Assembly: GCA_963719495.1 (NCBI GenBank)
Contig: CAVRCI010000013.1
Coordinates: 1 to 64,000, forward strand
Direction: 5' to 3'
DNA: 64,000 bases
Source of the DNA: an uncultured Verrucomicrobiae bacterium
GTDB lineage: Bacteria > Verrucomicrobiota > Verrucomicrobiia > Chthoniobacterales > JAATET01
A program made the position numbers and the translations under genes. Shown here piece by piece: positions 54,071 to 64,000 of this stretch. A model generated the notes under the pieces. It did no database searches, was not told the origin of the DNA, and worked only from the letters and a program-made list of their open reading frames with translations. Numbering within the stretch: the first letter of the stretch is position 1; the number at the start of each line of letters is the position of its first letter.

Positions 54071-54870
54071 ACCGCCCGCTCGGCAAAAACCTCCCGCCGC
54101 ACCCGCCCCCACCCATCGAACCCCGCCACCGCCGCGAACCGCAACGTCAGCACGACCCCCAGCGCCATCACCGCCAGGATCGCGAACATGATCACGATCT
54201 GATACTTGATCGCCCCCATCGGCGAAGCCCCCGCCAACATTTGCCCCGTCATCATCCCCGGCAGCGACACGATCCCGATCGTCATCATCGTTGCAATCAT
54301 CGGCCGCAACGCCCGCCGCGCCGATTCCCGGTAAACCGGTCGCAGCGCCTCCTCCCGCGTCGCCCCGTTCGCCAGCCGATACTCGTATTCCGCCGCCCCG
54401 CGACCCCGAGCCGTCTCGAAAAAATGCGTCAGCGCCACGATGTTCCCCGACATCGTATTGCCCAGCAGCATCCCGCTGATCACCACCAGATACCGAGCGT
54501 CCAGCAGCCGGTCGATCCGCACGATCACGCCGTTGAAATACAACACCACCGCCAGCGCCGAGATCGCCGTCGCCCCGCCGACCGGCCCCAGCATCCGCCG
54601 CCACCGCAGGTCGCTGTTCCGACAAGCGCTCGCCGCCGCCGCCGTGATCATCACCAGCAACCAGGCCAGATTCAGCCACCCGGAATTCAGATCGAACAAA
54701 AACTGCAGGTAGATCCCCGCCAACACCAACTGCGCCACCATCCGCCCCCCCGCAATCCCGATGTCCCGCATCAGTCCAAGCCGCCACATCCACGACACGC
54801 CCAGCGGCAAAGCCACCAGCGCCACCGCCGCCGCCATCTGCCACCACCCCAGATCCGGAGCCCCGCCCAT
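54067..54870 (-). CDS. ABC transporter permease, FetB/YbbM (UPF0014) family
   Basis: RMVAQL, GMLLGN, GIVSLPGMMTGQMLAG, AIKYQI. Confidence 0.9.
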   Translation of the reverse strand: MGGAPDLGWWQMAAAVALVALPLGVSWMWRLGLMRDIGIAGGRMVAQLVLAGIYLQFLFDLNSGWLNLAWLLVMITAAAASACRNSDLRWRRMLGPVGGATAISALAVVLYFNGVIVRIDRLLDARYLVVISGMLLGNTMSGNIVALTHFFETARGRGAAEYEYRLANGATREEALRPVYRESARRALRPMIATMMTIGIVSLPGMMTGQMLAGASPMGAIKYQIVIMFAILAVMALGVVLTLRFAAVAGFDGWGRVRREVFAERAV

Positions 54871-54970
54871 CACGCGAGTCCTCCGACCTCGCAACGAGTC
54901 CGGGGAGCGCGGGCTTCCAGCCCGCCGCTTCGACCTTCCAGGTCGGAGCCTCGTTCCCAAAAGCGAAGCT

Positions 54971-55618
54971 TCACTCCCTCCCCCCGACGTTCGAGCCGCG
55001 CCCCTCTCCCAGCGGCATCGAAACCACCCTTGCCCCCGGATCCCAAGCCTCATCGTGCGAGATCACCACCACGGCGCAATCCGCCGGCAATTTCGCGAAG
55101 CGCCCCACCACTGCCCGTCTCGATTCCACATCCAAAGCCGCCGTCGGCTCATCCAGCAAAAAAACCTTCCGCCCCAACGTCAAGGCAATCGCCAGCCCCA
55201 CCCGCTGACGCTCCCCACCCGACAACCCCGCTATATCCTGTCCAAGCACCGCCCGAGCCAGCCCCAAATCCTCGATAACCCGATCATCGAAGTCCCGCCC
55301 CCGATTCGCCCGACACCCCAACACCGACTCGATCGCCGCCCGCACCGTCCCCGCTCCGAGCGCCACCGCCTGCGGCACGTAAGCCACCTCCCGCCTCACC
55401 GCCCACACGGAATCCGTATCCACCGCGCGCCCCCGAAAAAACACCGCCCCCGCGTCCACCGCTTCGAACCCGAGCAACACCCGAAACAAAGTCGATTTCC
55501 CCACCCCCGAAGCCCCTCGAATCACCACCCGCTCCCCCTCCGCCACCGCGAGCGAAAAATCCCGAAGCACAACCCGCCCCCCAAACCCCAAAGTCACCCC
55601 CCGCCACTCGATCACCAT
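54971..55618 (-). CDS. ABC transporter ATP-binding protein (FetA-like)
   Basis: GASGVGKST, LSGGERQR, LLDEPTAALD, ISHD. Confidence 0.9.
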   Translation of the reverse strand: MVIEWRGVTLGFGGRVVLRDFSLAVAEGERVVIRGASGVGKSTLFRVLLGFEAVDAGAVFFRGRAVDTDSVWAVRREVAYVPQAVALGAGTVRAAIESVLGCRANRGRDFDDRVIEDLGLARAVLGQDIAGLSGGERQRVGLAIALTLGRKVFLLDEPTAALDVESRRAVVGRFAKLPADCAVVVISHDEAWDPGARVVSMPLGEGRGSNVGGRE

Positions 55619-55647
55619 CCCACCCGAACCGCCCCCCACGCACCACC

Positions 55648-55690
55648 TGTCATGCTGAGCGAAGCGAAGCATCTCTGGCTGACACTCCCC
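55648..55690 (+). repeat. dispersed intergenic repeat (VMLSEAKH type)
   Basis: first 26 nt identical to 12744-12769. Confidence 0.75.
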
Positions 55691-55796
55691 ACCGCCCGCC
55701 AAGCGACCAGATCACCAAACCCCGAATCCCCCCCACACCACGCGATCATCACCTCATCCACCCCTTGGCGTTCTCCGCGTTCTTCGCGCGAAACCA

Positions 55797-56948
55797 TCAA
55801 ATCTCCAAATTCTTCGGAAACCGACTCAACACCCGGTTCCCAGCTTCCGTCACCACCACCACATCCTCGTGCCGCACGCCCCCAATCCCCGGCACGTAGA
55901 TCCCCGGCTCCACCGTCATCACCTGCCCCGCCCGAAACGTCGTTTTCGAGATCCGCGGCTCCTCGTGAATCTCCAACCCCAGCCCGTGCCCGAGCCCGTG
56001 GAAAAACCCCGTCCACCGCCCGTCCCGCTGCTCCGTCGGAAATCCCTCCTCCTCGAAAAAATCCCGCACCGCGTCCTGCAACTCACCCCCCGCGACACCC
56101 GGAGCGATCGTCTTCAGCGCCCACCGCTGACCCGCCAGACACACCTCCCACATCTCCCGCTGCGCCTCCGACGCCCGCCCCCGCACCACCGTCCGCGTCA
56201 TGTCCCCGAAAAATCCCGTCGCCGTCACCCTCGGAAACACGTCCAGAATGATCAACTCGTTCCCCCGCAGCGGTCCCCGCCCCCGCTCGTGCGGATCGCA
56301 AGCCTGCTCGCCGCCCGCCACGATCGTGTGATTCCCCCCGATCCCGCCCGCCGCCAGCATCGCCGACTCGATCACCCCCCGCACCGCCTCCGCCGTCAGC
56401 TCCACCTTCCCCCGCACCAGCACCCCATCCCTCTTCCGAATTTTCGCCGCCCGCAGCACATCCACGCCCGCTTGCAGCCCAATCTCCGTCACCCGCAGCG
56501 CCGCCGAAATGAGTTTCAGTTCCCCCGCCGTCTTCGTCTCCCGATCCGGCCAGAAATGCCCCGCCACCGGAGTCACCGCCACCCCCAGCTTCCCCAAGCC
56601 CACCGCCATCCCCAAAGGAAAATCCCCCGGCACCTTCGCCCGTTTCACCCCGCGCTCGCGCAGAAACGCCGCCACCACCTCCGCAAACGAAGGCTCCTTC
56701 CGCCCCCGCCGCGCCGCCTTCACCCGCTCCGCCACGTCGCTGTAGCTCACCACCTCGTCCACCCGCGCCTCCCGCCGACCCCGATCCACCTCGAGATCGC
56801 TCAACAAAGCCGCCGACCGCCCCCCCACCTCGACAAACGCAAACGGATCCGGCACCGAAAACCCCGTCGCGTAGAGCATATCCGCACTCGCCTCGCTCGA
56901 AGCCACGATCAACTTCGCCCCATTTTTCCTTTCTTTCACAACGGCCAT
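55797..56948 (-). CDS. Xaa-Pro aminopeptidase (M24 family)
   Basis: PH, ILDVFP, GDMTRT, HGLGHGLGLEIHE, TVEPGIY, VRHED. Confidence 0.93.
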   Translation of the reverse strand: MAVVKERKNGAKLIVASSEASADMLYATGFSVPDPFAFVEVGGRSAALLSDLEVDRGRREARVDEVVSYSDVAERVKAARRGRKEPSFAEVVAAFLRERGVKRAKVPGDFPLGMAVGLGKLGVAVTPVAGHFWPDRETKTAGELKLISAALRVTEIGLQAGVDVLRAAKIRKRDGVLVRGKVELTAEAVRGVIESAMLAAGGIGGNHTIVAGGEQACDPHERGRGPLRGNELIILDVFPRVTATGFFGDMTRTVVRGRASEAQREMWEVCLAGQRWALKTIAPGVAGGELQDAVRDFFEEEGFPTEQRDGRWTGFFHGLGHGLGLEIHEEPRISKTTFRAGQVMTVEPGIYVPGIGGVRHEDVVVVTEAGNRVLSRFPKNLEI

Positions 56949-57003
56949 CAGGCCGCATTCTGCCTCTCAACTTTCAACTCTCAACCCTCAACTTTCCTCA
57001 CCC

Positions 57004-57846
57004 ATGCACCGCTGGACCCGCCTCACCACCGCCAAATGGGAAGACTCCTGGGCCGAACGCCTCAGCTTCCTCGGCCCCGACCGCGTCGCGTTCACCACCT
57101 GGCCCAACGGCAAAACCGTCCGCATCGAAGCCTTCGTCGAAGAAATAACCGCCGCCAAGCTGGTCTCCGAATTCGGCGGCAAAGTCGCCAAGGCCCCCCT
57201 CTGGACCGGCGACCCCGTCACCCCCCGCGCTCCCCTCCAGATCCGCGGGCGCCTCACCGTCTACCCCGACGCCGCCAGCTTCGCCGAGTGGCAGACCGCC
57301 CCCCCGGGACCGCGGAAGAAACCCGGCATCCACGTCCCCGCCGGCATGGCCTTCGGCACCGGCGACCACGCCACCACCGCCAGTTGCCTGCGCATGCTCG
57401 CCGACCTCACCGCCGATCTCCCGCCCAACTGGACCGCCCTCGACGCCGGCACCGGCTCCGGCATCCTCGCCCTCGCCGCCCGCGCCCTCGGAGCCACCTC
57501 CGTCGAAGCCTTCGACAACGACCCCGCCTGCGTCCGGATCACCAAGGAGAACGCCCAACTCAACGCAATCACCAAAATCAAAGTCACTCGAGCCGACGTC
57601 ACCACCTGGAACCCAAAAACCCAACACGACCTCGTCCTGGCGAACCTCTTCAGCGAACTCCTCATCCGCGTCATCCCCACGCTCCGAGCCGCCGCCAAGC
57701 CCCACGGCCACCTCATCTTCTCCGGAGTCCTCCGAGACCAACTCGAAGAAGTCACCACCGCGCTCAAAGCCCACGGCTACCAAATCCACCGCACCGTCGT
57801 CCGAGGCAAATGGTCCGCCGGCCACGCTCAACTCGAAAAGAGCTGA
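57004..57846 (+). CDS. prmA: ribosomal protein L11 methyltransferase
   Basis: GMAFGTGDHATT, LDAGTGSGILA, DND, LANL, SG. Confidence 0.88.
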   Translation: MHRWTRLTTAKWEDSWAERLSFLGPDRVAFTTWPNGKTVRIEAFVEEITAAKLVSEFGGKVAKAPLWTGDPVTPRAPLQIRGRLTVYPDAASFAEWQTAPPGPRKKPGIHVPAGMAFGTGDHATTASCLRMLADLTADLPPNWTALDAGTGSGILALAARALGATSVEAFDNDPACVRITKENAQLNAITKIKVTRADVTTWNPKTQHDLVLANLFSELLIRVIPTLRAAAKPHGHLIFSGVLRDQLEEVTTALKAHGYQIHRTVVRGKWSAGHAQLEKS

Positions 57847-57850
57847 AAAA

Positions 57851-59182
57851 TCACACCACCAAATCCTCCTCCGGACCCACCTCCGCGCCCGGAGCCCCCG
57901 CCCGTCCCATCGCCGCCAACCCCAGTGACACCACCCCCACCCGCCCCACGAACATCAGCGTGATCAGCACGCACTTCCCCGCCGCCGACAAATCCCCCGT
58001 AATCCCCCGACTGAGCCCCACCGTCCCCAGCGCCGATCCCACCTCGAACACCACGTTCTCAAACGTGTGTTGAGTGTCCACCAGCAACATCGCGATCGCC
58101 CCGCCCGCGAAAACGAGCAGATACATCGTCATCGCCGCAAACGCCGCCTGCAGCCGATGCGTCGGGAGCCGACTCCCGAAGAACGTAATCTCCTTCCGCC
58201 CCCGCACCGCACTCCAGGTCGCCGCCAACCCCGCCGACCACGTCGTGCTCTTCAACCCGCCACCCGTTCCACTCGGCGAAGCCCCCAGGATCATGAGAAT
58301 CACCGTCATCAGAATCGCCGCCCCCGCCAGATTCCCGATCGGCACCGAGTTGAACCCCACCGTCGTCAAAGCCGACATCGACTGAAAAAACGACGCCATC
58401 CCCCGCTCACCGAGCGGTAATTCCCGCATCAGCGGATCGAAAAAAATGACCACCGCCCCGAGCACCAATCCGCCCCCCGTCGCCGTCAGAATGATCCGCG
58501 TCGTCAAAGTCATCCGCCGACCCCGCCGCAACTTCAGCCACAAATCACTGCTCACGATGAACCCACACGCCCCGGCCAGACTCAGAATCGACACGATCGC
58601 GTTCACCGCCACGTCCCCCCGGAATCCCTCCAAACTATCCGGAAAAACGCTGAACCCCGCCGTGCAGAACGCCGACACCGAGTGAAAGATCGCCGGCCAA
58701 AGCGGCGACTCCACCCCCGCCTGCGAAAACGCCACCCACAGCCCCAGCGCCCCCAACACCTCCAGCCCCAGCGTAAACGCCACCGCCTGACGAATGAAAT
58801 CCCCCGTGTCGAAATCATCCGGCATCGCGAAGACCACCCGCCCGATCCGCACCCGCGATTCATCCATCGCCCGCCGAGTCGCCATGATCATGAACGACCC
58901 AAAGGTCATGTAACCCAGCCCCCCGACCTGAATCCCCACCAGCAGCACCAGCTCCCCCCAGAACCCATAGGCGTCCGGCGTATTCACCGTCACCAACCCC
59001 GTCGTGCTCACCGCCGACACCGCCATGAACAAATTGTCCAAGACCCCCACCCGCTCCCCCGCCCACATGAACGGAATGCAAAGCAGCCCGGCGATGCAGA
59101 CCGCGTAAAACGCGTAGCCCATCGTCACCACCTGCACCGGACTCAACCGCCCCACCATCTCCCGCACCCGCATCAGCATCAT
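57851..59182 (-). CDS. TrkH/KtrB family potassium uptake membrane protein
   Basis: SAVSTTGL, SAFCTAGF, TTVGF, GASPSGTGGGLK, SALGTVGLS. Confidence 0.93.
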   Translation of the reverse strand: MMLMRVREMVGRLSPVQVVTMGYAFYAVCIAGLLCIPFMWAGERVGVLDNLFMAVSAVSTTGLVTVNTPDAYGFWGELVLLVGIQVGGLGYMTFGSFMIMATRRAMDESRVRIGRVVFAMPDDFDTGDFIRQAVAFTLGLEVLGALGLWVAFSQAGVESPLWPAIFHSVSAFCTAGFSVFPDSLEGFRGDVAVNAIVSILSLAGACGFIVSSDLWLKLRRGRRMTLTTRIILTATGGGLVLGAVVIFFDPLMRELPLGERGMASFFQSMSALTTVGFNSVPIGNLAGAAILMTVILMILGASPSGTGGGLKSTTWSAGLAATWSAVRGRKEITFFGSRLPTHRLQAAFAAMTMYLLVFAGGAIAMLLVDTQHTFENVVFEVGSALGTVGLSRGITGDLSAAGKCVLITLMFVGRVGVVSLGLAAMGRAGAPGAEVGPEEDLVV

Positions 59183-59640
59183 CGTCGCCCCGTTTAGTCA
59201 GCCAAACGAACACCCGCAATGATCCGGATGTTCGGATTCAGCGAAAAATTACGTCCCAGCGGCATCGAGCCAATCACCAGTCAAAAAATCTCCTGAAAGT
59301 CGATGCCAAATCGACGACGGACGAGCCAAGACTCCAGAAAAAGAATGCCCAAGGCCAACCCCAGCTCGTCACGTTGGAGGCGGCGCTCCCCGCACGCTGG
59401 CGATAGCCGCCGCCTGCGAACCGAGCGTCGAAGTCCACCCGGCATCGCCCGCCAATTCGCTCGGAATGCGAGTTTCACCCATCGTTCCCTGCTCTCCTCC
59501 ATCCGGCCTGACCCGCAATCTCGGAGTGGACAGGATTTACATTCCAGAGTTCCGCACCGTCGGTGCCGACGTTGCCATCGCCATCGAGGAAGCTGGCAAA
59601 CTTGCCCACAGCCCTCCGGAGCTCATTGGCGAATGAGGGG

Positions 59641-59711
59641 AGCGGGTGAAGGGAATCGAACCCTCGTGTGCAGTTTGGAAGACTGCCGTTCTACCATTGA
59701 ACTACACCCGC
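59641..59711 (-). tRNA. tRNA-Gly(TCC)
   Basis: GCGGGTGTAGTTCAATGGTAGAAC..CTTCCAA..GGTTCGATTCC..CACCCGCT. Confidence 0.95.
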
Positions 59712-59765
59712 GTTTGAAGAGCGGAAATCATGCCCGGTTTCGGCGGGAAGTCAATCCCGGCTCGC

Positions 59766-62282
59766 TCACTCGAAGCGGAGCGCCGCGGCCGGTGAGATCC
59801 CGGAGGCCCGCCACGCGGGGAGGATCGCGGCGACGACGGCGACCGGGATGATCCAGAGCGGCGTGGCGACCAGGAACCCGAGTGGATACGCGAGGTCGAT
59901 CGTCCAGCCGAAGTAGGCTCTGTTGACGACGAACGTGAGCACCACCGCGAGGCACGCCCCGGACGCGACGCCGATCCCACTGGCGATGGCACCGATGAGG
60001 CTGGCTTCGCGCAGGAACAGACCAACGACCTGCAAGCGCGACGCGCCGATGGCGCGCAGGGTGCCGATCTCGCGTTCGCGCTCGGCGGCCAGAATGAGAA
60101 GTGCGAGAAGGACGCCGGCGGCGGCGACTCCGATAGCAATCGTGCGAAGGACGAGGGTGACGGCGAACGTTTGGTTGAAGATCTCGAAGATGCGTTGGCG
60201 AAGCGCCTGATTCGAATAAATGGAGAACCGTCCCTCGCTTGCAAAATGCGCGCGGAACGTTTCGCCAAACGCCGCGGGATCGGTGCCAGGGGTCAGCGAG
60301 ATGGCGAGCGATTGGGCTCCGGTGGCGGGCCAATGGCGTTCGTAATTTTCCCGCGAGATCCGGATGATGCCGGTCGTACGGGCGTAATCCCGGTAGATCT
60401 CGGCGACCCGGAAGGCGGCGGGTCCGGCGGGCGTTCCGAGCTCGAGGGTGTCGCCCGCGCGGACGTCGAAACGGTTGGCGAAGGGCTCGGATATGGCGAC
60501 GTGATCCGGCGCGAGGTAGGCGGTGCCGGCTTCGGGGGAACTCGAGACGACCGCCAATGCGGTTCGCTCGTCGCGGAAGTCGATCGGGACTTCGCTGAAG
60601 GTGGCGACGTTCGTGACGGCGGGGTCGGCGCGCGTCCAGGCCAGGGAGGTGGGCGGCAGGCTCGATTGGACCCCGGCGATCTCGTTCCCGGCGGAGCCGA
60701 TGAAGAGGTCCGCGACGAGGGTTTCGCCGATCCAACGGTCGACGCTTCCGCGGAAGGAATGAATCATGACAGACACGCCGACGGTCATCGCGATGGCGGC
60801 GGCGAGCGCGGCGATGGTGATGGCGTTGCGATGATTGAATCGCGCGAGATTCTGCGCGGCGAGCCGGAGAAAACGCGGGGCGCGGCGGAGTAACGCGGCG
60901 GCGGCGGTGATGACGATGGGCGTGACGAGCGAGAACCCGGCGAGCACGAGGAACGCGCTGATGAAGCCGAGCGGCGCGATTCGAAAAATCAGCGCGGCGA
61001 CGCCCGCGGCCAAGGCTCCAACGAGACTGACGGTCCCGACGACGAGCCAGGTGAGCGGCACGCGGCGGAAGCGTTCGGCGGCGCTGCCGGGTCGGAGAAC
61101 CGAAGCCGGATCACAGCGCGCGGCCTCCGAGGCGGGAATCCACGCGGCGAGGAGCGCGGCTCCAAGGCCGGCGGCGAGGGCGGCCCCGATCTGCGGCGGC
61201 GAGAGGTAGAGCCGCTCGATGCTGAGAACGACGTAGAGCGAGCTGATCGTCTTCGCGACCGGGGCGGTGAGGACCTGCGCGATCGGGAGGGACGCGAGGA
61301 CTCCCAGGACGCTGCCGACGCTCCCGGCCACCCCGGCCTCCGCGAGGAAGAGCAAGCGCACCTCCGCGCGGCTCGCGCCGAGTGCGCGCAGCGTCCCGAT
61401 CTCGGCGCGGCGGCGGACGACCGACGCGGAGATCGTGTTGTAGATGAGAAACATTCCGACGAGCAACGACACGAGGCTCAACGCGCTGAGATTCAGCTGA
61501 AACGCGCCGAGCATGGATTCGACCTGGTCGCCGCGGCGGGCGGGCGGGGCCACGGTGACGTCGCCGGGGACAATGCGGCGCAGGGCGGCGGTGGCGCCTT
61601 CGATCCGGTTGCGGTCGACGACAAGCAGGACGGCGGAGAGTTCGCCGGGGCGGGCGAACAATTCCTGCGCCCAGCCGATGTCCATCGCGACCATCCGCGG
61701 ATCGAGGCTGGCGGCGGCGTCTTCTGGGTCCATAACGAAGGCCGGGGCGAGCGTGCGGGTGCCGCGATCGGTGAGGACTTCGACGGGGCCGTCGTGGCCG
61801 AGCGTCGCCGCGAAGGCGGTGGAAACGGCAATGGCGTCCGGTTCGCGGAGCCAGGCTTCGACGTCGAAGTTCGATTGGTTGGCACCGAGGAGTTCGAAGG
61901 TGCGGAGTTGTTCTCCGCGGAAGGGATCGAGGCCGAGAACGCGGAGGTATTCGCCGGGCTGGTCGGGCAGCGTGACGATGCCTTCGAGCAACGGCGACGC
62001 GGCGCGCACGCCGGGGACTCCCGCGATGGCGGGCAGGAGCGCGTCGTCGATGCGACCACGCACTTCGAGGTTGGCGCGACCCGCGACCATCTCGATCCCG
62101 GCGCGGAAGCTCTGGTTCGCGCTGCGGTTGGCGATTTGAATGGCGAGAAAGACGGCCACGCCGAGCGCGATGCTGGCGATATTCAGCGCGAAGAGCACGG
62201 GATGCCGACGAATGCCCCGCAGAAACTGGCGGACGAAGAGCGTGGGAAAGTGGCGGGTGATGGTCGGCACGAAGAGGCGCAA
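59766..62282 (-). CDS. ABC transporter permease (FtsX/MacB-like, duplicated)
   Basis: SIALGVAV, RRRAEIGTLRALGAS, EREREIGTLRAIGAS, PAWRA..ISPAAALRFE; start uncertain. Confidence 0.9.
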   Translation of the reverse strand: MRLFVPTITRHFPTLFVRQFLRGIRRHPVLFALNIASIALGVAVFLAIQIANRSANQSFRAGIEMVAGRANLEVRGRIDDALLPAIAGVPGVRAASPLLEGIVTLPDQPGEYLRVLGLDPFRGEQLRTFELLGANQSNFDVEAWLREPDAIAVSTAFAATLGHDGPVEVLTDRGTRTLAPAFVMDPEDAAASLDPRMVAMDIGWAQELFARPGELSAVLLVVDRNRIEGATAALRRIVPGDVTVAPPARRGDQVESMLGAFQLNLSALSLVSLLVGMFLIYNTISASVVRRRAEIGTLRALGASRAEVRLLFLAEAGVAGSVGSVLGVLASLPIAQVLTAPVAKTISSLYVVLSIERLYLSPPQIGAALAAGLGAALLAAWIPASEAARCDPASVLRPGSAAERFRRVPLTWLVVGTVSLVGALAAGVAALIFRIAPLGFISAFLVLAGFSLVTPIVITAAAALLRRAPRFLRLAAQNLARFNHRNAITIAALAAAIAMTVGVSVMIHSFRGSVDRWIGETLVADLFIGSAGNEIAGVQSSLPPTSLAWTRADPAVTNVATFSEVPIDFRDERTALAVVSSSPEAGTAYLAPDHVAISEPFANRFDVRAGDTLELGTPAGPAAFRVAEIYRDYARTTGIIRISRENYERHWPATGAQSLAISLTPGTDPAAFGETFRAHFASEGRFSIYSNQALRQRIFEIFNQTFAVTLVLRTIAIGVAAAGVLLALLILAAEREREIGTLRAIGASRLQVVGLFLREASLIGAIASGIGVASGACLAVVLTFVVNRAYFGWTIDLAYPLGFLVATPLWIIPVAVVAAILPAWRASGISPAAALRFE

Positions 62283-62336
62283 GCTAGCACAGCTTCAGGG
62301 GGAAATCAGGCTTCCAGCCAGTCTCGGCGGGCATCC

Positions 62337-62910
62337 GGGTGTGATCGAAAGTGCGTCCTGATCGGAAGAAGAATCTCGTGAACGCCACGAACGTCTGACC
62401 GAGGGGACGCTAGGAGGCTGACGACGAGTCCGTGGAAGATCGCCACGGCCCAAGGCCTGGCAGCATCGGACCTCCCGCCTCATCCAGACGCCCCCCCAAA
62501 TTCCCGCGGAGTCGCCCGATAAAACGTAACGGCCGTTACGTTTTATCGGGAGCGGAATCGTTCATTCATTCGTTCGTTCGCTCGCCACTCCCCGTCCGGG
62601 GACCCCCGGATCCGCAGCCTTCCGACGGGCAAGCTCCGGCTCGCCAGCGGTAAGGCACGGGCTCTTCCGAGGACCTCGCCACCAATCCATTACCTGTAAA
62701 ATGTGACGCCCGTCACATTTTACAGGTAATGGATTGGTTGGGGCGCTCCGCCGCCAACACCGAGGTTAGCCGGAGATTTGCTTCTCCGTGCGGGTGGTAT
62801 CGTGGCCACCCGAGGGAGGGTTTACTCGCGGCTCGACGCGGGCTGGCTCGTTGATCCCAATCTCACTCGCAACTTTGGGCTCAGCCTTGAACGCACTTTC
62901 AATCACACCC
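62337..62910. mobile_element. ~574-bp non-coding structured element with terminal inverted repeats (MITE-like), copy 2
   Basis: TIRs GGGTGTGATCGAAAGTGCGTCC / GAACGCACTTTCAATCACACCC; palindromes 62515-62550 and 62681-62738. Confidence 0.8.
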
Positions 62911-63027
62911 CGGGCAGCCTGCCCGGCGGTCGCCGAGCGGAATGGTCGCACGATCCATCGGCAGCTCACATCGTCCGGATTCTCTCGCGCCGACCCAGTC
63001 GCGCAAGGCCCGGGCGGGATGCCTGTT

Positions 63028-64000
63028 TCACCCGACGCCGTCGTCGGCGGCGGCGATGAGTCGTTTCTCCAGTCGGGCGAGCGCGTTGCGGTCTTCGAGG
63101 CGGGTTCCGTCGCGACCGAGCACGTAGAACGTGTCGAGCGCGATTTCCATCTCGGTCGTGACCCGGGACAGCCCGATGGACACACCCTCCTGACCGAAGG
63201 CGCGAAGCAGGGAATACAGGAGCCCAAGCCGGTCGGGGGATTGGATCTCGATAATCGTGAAAATCGGGTGCGAGAGATTGTCGATCACGACGCGGGCGGG
63301 CCGATCGACCTCGTGCGAGACGCGGTAGCTTTTCAGAGAGGACGGTTTGGCGAAAAGCGGCGTGAAATCGTAGTCGGGCTGGTCGAGCGACTGGTGCAGC
63401 GCCGACTCGAAGCGCGTGATGTCGCGCGGGTCGTCGACGGGCGTGTGGGTCGAATCGGCGACCCGGAACACGTCGAGCGCGAGGTTGTCTCCGCGGGTGA
63501 AAATGTCGGCGCTGAGGATGTTGATCCGAGCGGCGACGAAGGCCCCGGCGACCCGTTCGAGGAAACGCTCGCGATCCCAGCCGCACAACCACACCTCGCT
63601 GTGACCGAGTTGCGGACGGTGCTTCCATTCGATGACCGGTGCGAGGGCAATTTCGGAATGCGCCCCAGCGAGCCGCTCGAAAAATTGGTGGAAAAGCCGG
63701 AGGTGATTGGTGATGTCCTCGGCGGAGAACGCCCGGAAGTAGCGCTCGGGCATGTAGTCGAACTGCGCCGCGATTTCCTCGGCGAACGCCTTCGGCAGCG
63801 CTTTGACGACGGCGGCTTTGGTGGTGCCGCGATCGATGGATTCGGCGGCGGACTCGGCTGGACCGCTTTCGAGGTAGCGGGAGGTGCTGCGGAAGAGGCT
63901 CCAGACGAGACCCTCCTTCCAGTCGCTCCAATTCTCCCCGCTGGTGCCCATGCCATCGGCGACGGTGAGCAGCATGAGCGCGTCGAGATTCGCGCGATTC
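63028..64000 (-). CDS. glnD: bifunctional uridylyltransferase/uridylyl-removing enzyme, 3' part
   Basis: LLTVAD...WSDWK end of HD domain; two ACT domains (DR.RFL, ILSADIFTR; DRLGLL, DTFYV); runs off the window. Confidence 0.9.
   Translation of the reverse strand, partial: NRANLDALMLLTVADGMGTSGENWSDWKEGLVWSLFRSTSRYLESGPAESAAESIDRGTTKAAVVKALPKAFAEEIAAQFDYMPERYFRAFSAEDITNHLRLFHQFFERLAGAHSEIALAPVIEWKHRPQLGHSEVWLCGWDRERFLERVAGAFVAARINILSADIFTRGDNLALDVFRVADSTHTPVDDPRDITRFESALHQSLDQPDYDFTPLFAKPSSLKSYRVSHEVDRPARVVIDNLSHPIFTIIEIQSPDRLGLLYSLLRAFGQEGVSIGLSRVTTEMEIALDTFYVLGRDGTRLEDRNALARLEKRLIAAADDGVG

Noticed and set aside
59281..59640. Small ORFs downstream of tRNA-Gly
   Set aside because: No recognisable motifs or convincing starts; possibly decayed DNA.

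Overview
High-GC bacterial chromosomal segment, most likely Verrucomicrobiota (Chthoniobacterales/Terrimicrobium-like), judged from the Verru_Chthon pilin cassette, PEP-CTERM proteins and gene content. Most of the window is housekeeping: dnaK, uxuB-like/uxaC, exbB-exbD-exbD, psd, iscU/sufT, trmL, tyrA-aroA-cmk-plsC, ileS-lspA, ligA, prmA, trkH, the 3' part of glnD, and three tRNAs (Arg-CCT, Glu-TTC, Gly-TCC). An accessory block of about 16 kb (28.5-44.8 kb) lies at the 3' side of tRNA-Glu. It holds a four-gene Verru_Chthon pilin-like cassette, a divergent LacI regulator, a GH43, a LamG+BNR-4 enzyme and PEP-CTERM proteins, and three of its promoters share a LacI-type operator-like palindrome. 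The most unusual non-coding feature is a ~570-bp element with no credible ORF, present twice (48782-49352, 62337-62910). It has 22-bp terminal inverted repeats and two long, mutually related internal palindromes, one with a compensatory base-pair change between copies. Also seen: several REP-like repeat families, an internally deleted ISNCY-like transposase relic, two genes that seem to lack canonical start codons, and strong patchy strand C-skew. All calls were made by eye from the sequence and the ORF track; no database searches were run.
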